A DNA stretch of 59,947 nucleotides, filler included, from Dugesia japonica (Eukaryota), in NCBI GenBank assembly GCA_001938525.1. It is 5 parts of 5 records of this genome, joined end to end, with 100 filler letters (N's around TTAATTAATTAA, not from the genome) between each part and the next. Parts side by side here need not be neighbours in the genome. Positions count along the whole stretch, not along the records: positions 49,434 to 59,947 come from MQRL01596716.1; 4 more parts are not named here. One strand, given 5' to 3'. Shown piece by piece: positions 54,960 to 59,947 of this stretch. The translations under genes were made by a program, and so were the position numbers. The number at the start of each line of letters is the position of its first letter. Within the stretch, counting starts at the first letter, position 1. Below the pieces are notes generated by a model. The model had not been told where the DNA came from and ran no database searches. It saw only the letters and a program-made list of their open reading frames with translations.

Positions 54960-55870
54960 GTTATGAAATCGATTTTCACGACTGAAAGTTGTCGACTATT
55001 TCTTCAAATATGGTGGCAATAATTTGAGACACCAAGAATTAGAAATTTTGATCCTCTGGAGAGTATTTATAGTGGAATATTTTTGGTGTTTGGAGCTATT
55101 AGTTACCAAATTGACACTGTTTTCTGGTAGATTTTGGAAATTTCTTCGAGGAGTCCTTACGTTTTCTAACAATGGCAATTTGAATTGATTATTCAGATTT
55201 TGACATCGATTTCAAACCAATTATTGGTTTTAATAATTATCGATTGAGGAAATAAGTTGAAATGATGACATTTTAAATTTGATATGGGAATGTTTAGAAA
55301 TTCCAACTGTTAACTATAAATCGGATTGATTGGTTTTGTTTTTGAATACGGAGTAAGGATTTTTAAAAAAAATTTATTTTCTAGTTATTGATTTTTATAT
55401 TCTTTTTCAGCACCTGATATTACTGAATGGAATGGTTCGGGATACTCGATTGAAAATAGAGATTCTTCTAAACAATTTTCTAATAAATTTAGCTTATCGG
55501 ATTTAAGTTTTAATTAGGGTATTCGCAAAGTTAAGAGTAATTTTCTAATTTTATCGGACCCTTTTATATTGATTTGTTCCTCTAAGTTCGTTTTTCATTA
55601 GCTGTTCTTGACCATAATCCAATATCATTTCTCACAATTTGTTCTGGATTTTTTGGGAAAAGGTAACTTTTCTATGAAATTTTATTGNNNNNNNNNNNNN
55701 NNNNNNNNNNNNNNNNNNNNNNNNNNNNNNNNNNNNNTAATTTGTTTTTATAGAATATATTTTATTAAATTCGTTCCTTGGTGGATTTATCAAAATAATT
55801 CAAGGACATTCCGACAATTTGATGACATTTTATTTTTATTATTTTTTGATTGTTAAATAAAGATTTTTAT
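54960..55870 (-). promoter_or_regulatory. Divergent third copy (C) of the cassette
   Basis: CTGGAGAGTATTTATAG (55056), AATTCCAACTGT (55299), GGACCCTTTTATA (55556), TTTCTCACAATTTG and the same plus-strand mini-intron. Confidence 0.55.
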
Positions 55871-56469
55871 TATTTGGGTTTTGTTTNTTTTCATTTTGTA
55901 AGTTCATCATTTATTTTGCATTTTGTAGCTTTCTGTTTTGTAATGAACTGGTATAGTTTCATCCCAATAAAAAGAATAATAACCCAATTTAAACAAGAAC
56001 TAATGTTGCAACCAAAGTCGGCCCCGAAAAATGACTAATAACATAAAACATAATCAAAATATCGGAGTAATAATAATACATCCAAAACTTTTTAATGAAC
56101 AAATAATGGTAACAATTCCACAGAATGAACGGCGAAATAATTAAAATAATTACCCAAAAATTATGAATAAACAAGAGCAATTAAATCCCAAAACTGTAAA
56201 ATAAATACAAAGAAAACGCATAATTTGTTGCCAAAAATAGAAATAATTGCAATTCAACCAGCAATTATTTTTTTAAAACACCGAGATAACAAATAATAAT
56301 TATTGTCACACAGAAAAAATAATTACTGCAACTTATTTTTCTAATCAGAAAAATAAGCAACGAAGAAATAATTATTATATGAAGAATAAATAATTAGTAC
56401 CAGTCAAAAATCAAACAATTATTGTCAACTGAATTCGAAATGACAGAGAAAGAAAAATCGTGGGTGGCA

Positions 56470-56600
56470 CAACAAACCAATTAGATTTACATAGCTAATA
56501 AGAAAGGACCAATAGAAATGGATAGAAATGAAATAAGATAAGTTGACCAATCAGAACAGAGATAGGGGAGAGGTAAAAAAATCGCAGCAGCTATATAAGC
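56470..56600 (+). promoter_or_regulatory. Compact Pol II promoter: three CCAAT boxes plus TATA
   Basis: CCAAT near 56478, 56508 and 56547; TATATAAG near 56593; GAG|GTAACC donor near 56813. Confidence 0.55.
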
Positions 56601-57146
56601 AACAGCATTTTAGAAAGAACTAAAGTTTTATCATTAAGTTTTGATACTATTGTCAGTGAAGCAGCTATAAATTCCTATTCATTAGAGATACTAATACGTT
56701 TCATCGGTTCACAGAGGATACAGAAAAACTTCCCCCAATCAATAACAAAATTACAAGTTACGGGCTTACTTATCTTATATTTTGACACTGGTGGATTATG
56801 CTCCACCCACGAGGTAACCTTTTATTATTTAATATTAATATTTATATTGTTAATGTTGTTGGAGTAATGGAATATAAAATAATTTAGTGATAAATTTTTA
56901 TCTTATCAAAAAGAAATAAACTAATTTAAATTACGGTTCAATTCTTGATCAATCTCTTCCTATTAGTTTGGTACTGGATCCTTAATAGACTCTGGTTACT
57001 AACATAATTGATTAACGTTAAAAAATTAAAGGTTTAAATTTAATCTAAATCATTATTAAAGTAAATGATATTCTATTTCAATATGAAGCTAAGTAATACT
57101 TATAAGATATGTGGAAAAAATAAATGCAGTATATGCAGTTTTTCAG

Positions 57147-57380
57147 TTGCGCCAATTATGCAGACGTTTACTTAGAGCGTCGAATGAAAAGGATGAACAT
57201 TTACTAGGGCTTGAGAAACGCTACGACATGTTACGAAGAAAAAATAAAGAGATCTCCGATGTGAGTCATGACCTTAAGTTGTTAAAAGTAACTAGAGACC
57301 GCTTGAATTTGGCTATGAAAGCTGCAACAGAGCAGAGGAAGAAACTGCTAAAATCCTGCAAAAAACTTTGCCCAATATGA
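57147..57380 (+). CDS. Terminal exon of a small orphan coiled-coil protein
   Basis: TTTTTCAG acceptor then LRQLCRRLL...LEKRYDMLRRKNKEI...LKVTRDRLNLAMK; lies downstream of the promoter. Confidence 0.45.
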   Translation: MRQLCRRLLRASNEKDEHLLGLEKRYDMLRRKNKEISDVSHDLKLLKVTRDRLNLAMKAATEQRKKLLKSCKKLCPI

Positions 57381-58268
57381 GGCAAAGGTTCCATGGATCC
57401 CATACGACGTAAACACCGACAATCAATCCGTCTTATTTTTACATCCTCCAACCTCACCGGAACCTATCCTTTCTTGGAATATGGTAGATATTGATAACTG
57501 ACTTGTTGAGTACTATTGGCAAGACCAAGTAGTAATCATAGCATCTTTAGTAAAGTAAATATTTTGAGGCTTAGTGTTATTTTAATTCTTACATTAGTGC
57601 CAGTTAATAGGCCTTAATTAATGTAAAAATGTCTAGTGTTTGAAAATTTAAAGTTGTCCTCAAATAAGTAATTGGATGAAAATTAATAGTCACAAAGTAA
57701 AGAGCAAATCGATTAAGACAATAAGTTTAAAATCAAATTAAGAAATATAGAAAAGCAAAATTTTATCCGCTGATCATTTTGACTATAAATATCGAGATAT
57801 AACTTAGAAAGTAAATTACTATCGTTAGCTCATAATTAATAAGAATAAAAANATAAGCCTAAGATAGATCACTAAGGATATCAATCCATAATGAGAATAA
57901 AATCACAGTATATATAGTTAATCGGTCGTATCATCTACTTGTCTCGCCACATATTAGCACTTAACAGATACCACTCATAACCGCATATCATACCCCTAAG
58001 AACCCAAACCAAAATAATGCGATTTGCGCGGTTTTATGGATGAAGGTCACCGATTCCTTAAGAGTAGCGTGGGAAACTACTACAAAATCTTTTGTTGGAG
58101 TTCCATAAACTCAACATAGCTTGACTATACGTTTATAAGATCCCANNNNNNNNNNNNNNNNNNNNNNNNNNNNNNNNNNNNNNNNNNNNNNNNNNNNNNN
58201 NNNNNNNNNNNNNNNNNNNNNNNNNNNNNNNNNNNNNNNNNNNNNNNNNNNNNNNNNNNNNNNNNNNN

Positions 58269-58515
58269 TTAAGTTGGTGCATAATTAGCGACGAATTTTT
58301 GGCATGTGTTTATTTAACAAAAAAGATAAAAATATGCCCAAACAATTTTTTAATAAATCAATCTGAAGCGTATTAACCATCTACCTCAATAGCTTCTTTC
58401 CACTTGTTTTACACACAGTCGATCCCATGAGAGAAGAAGTTACTAATTTTGTAGGCAATTCAAGATTTGACATTGACCACCAACTCATTCAAATCGTCGT
58501 AAACAGTAATTTTTT
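58269..58515 (-). mobile_element. 3' end of a cecropia-type mariner with its TIR
   Basis: VYDDLNELVVNVKS*IA...FFSHGID...KWKEAIEVDG is a mariner C-terminus; TTAAGTTGGTGCATAA resembles the Hsmar1-type TIR start TTAGGTTGGTGCAAAA. Confidence 0.8.
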
Positions 58516-59947
58516 ACGGCTCAAGGAATATCCGTTGATCTCCCATAATGTCAAGTGAGTCGAGATTTTTGCAGTTAATAAGTTTGATCAGTCGCGATTC
58601 GATTTTGTGAAATCTGTCAAGTAGGATTTATTTTTAGACTGCGACTGTTTGTCATATAAATTTTAAAAACAGGGTTGAGAAGAAATGAATTGTCCAATTA
58701 AGGTTTCCTTGCTCTCTATTGGATTTATAATTTTCTTTGTAATTTAATTACTGATTTTTCTGTATTGAACTTAGTTTTTGATCGTTAGATTTTTTAGATA
58801 TGTTTTGTTTATTTTGGATATTATAACTTGTTTCAGACATATTTCCCGGGTCTTTATATACCATTTCTCAGTGTTAATCGATCTTCAATTCGTAAATTTA
58901 CATGAAATATCGGGATTTTTTTGATTATATGGTTTCGGATTTTTTATGAATTGGCTTNTAAGTATTTTATTTTATTAATTATTTGTTGAATTATTCGAAT
59001 TATTTTCTTTTATTTTCAGATTATGATTCGATAATTTCAATTATTTTTCTCATTCCTATATATTTCTATATTTTTAATTAATAATACATAGATTTATAAA
59101 ATAATTATTTATTTTTCTACAATTTTCTGATTGATAAAAGATAATGAACATGGTTGGGATCCGTCCACACAGCAATAATAACAATAAAATTATAGTTAAG
59201 CATAGAATTATTAAATTATTAAATTTCTTAAAGAATGTCACCATATGTGGTAACAAAACTTATATCAATAATGTAAATAAATGAGCTCATATTAACTGTT
59301 AGGACCTTTGTTATTATTATCTTAGCGCCAATTTATTGATTTCTGATCCAAGTAATTTATTTATTAATTTAGATAGTTTTTCCGATAAATTTGAGGGTAA
59401 TATTTGCTTAATAATTTCTAGTAAACATATTTGAATAACGATTGTAAACGTTTTATTAAATTCATTTGAAGAAGTGTTCATAAAGATATTTTGGTGAAGG
59501 CTTCACTTTTATTTTATCTGAATTTTTGCATTTTATTATTTATGAATATTCGAGTGTATGTACATCTTTTTAAATTAATATTACACTTACGTTTTGTGTT
59601 ATTTTAAAATAAACCAGTCTTGTTTTGCGCTCTAGTGTGAATACATTAGATACACTAGGAGAACATTTTAATCATTTGGCCGGCGATATCGTATTACTTT
59701 TCTGTATGTCAAATAAATTTAAATAAGAACTCTCAAGCTCGGAGCTACCAATTAAAATTACTGAATTACATTTTTGTTATTATAAATATAAAATTATTAT
59801 CTTGATTATTTATAACTATATTTCATTTACATTAATAAAATAATACTTGCAAGTATATTATCATATAAATCAGAAAAAATATTACTTTTAGATTAAATTC
59901 TCACTAAGAATCTAACATTTATTATTTTTATTTTTATTATTATTATT

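Noticed and set aside
59320-59335. Minus-strand TGGCGC as a primer-binding site
   Set aside because: Too short, and no LTR pair or gag found to anchor it

Overview
Very AT-rich, (AAT/ATT)n-laden eukaryotic DNA, dominated by decayed transposons. Composition and TE spectrum suggest a triclad planarian (inference). The window is not one contiguous locus: four artificial 100-bp spacers (N44-TTAATTAATTAA-N44) split it into five joined pieces. Routine content: four Ty3/Gypsy remnants, two Penelope-like remnants, an RLE-type non-LTR remnant, three mariner fragments, a Tigger/pogo derivative, MITE-like foldbacks, minisatellites and two exons of a host RYK/Derailed-like receptor tyrosine kinase. Two things stand out. 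(1) A 6,980-bp mini-Maverick/Polinton (30614-37593) with a perfect 6-bp TSD (CAGATC) and ~2-kb TIRs sits inside a Gypsy RT. It retains only a decayed major capsid gene, an amphipathic virion-type ORF and one small orphan ORF. (2) The region 46.0-59.3 kb holds compact TATA/CCAAT-driven transcription units. These include a serially duplicated ~1-kb promoter/leader-exon cassette, a decayed TRAF-like gene (RING-coiled coil-MATH) with no visible coding introns, and orphan coiled-coil genes. This looks like the accessory cargo of a giant mobile element that captured a host immune/apoptosis adaptor. All family assignments come from manual translation and motif recognition; no searches were run.
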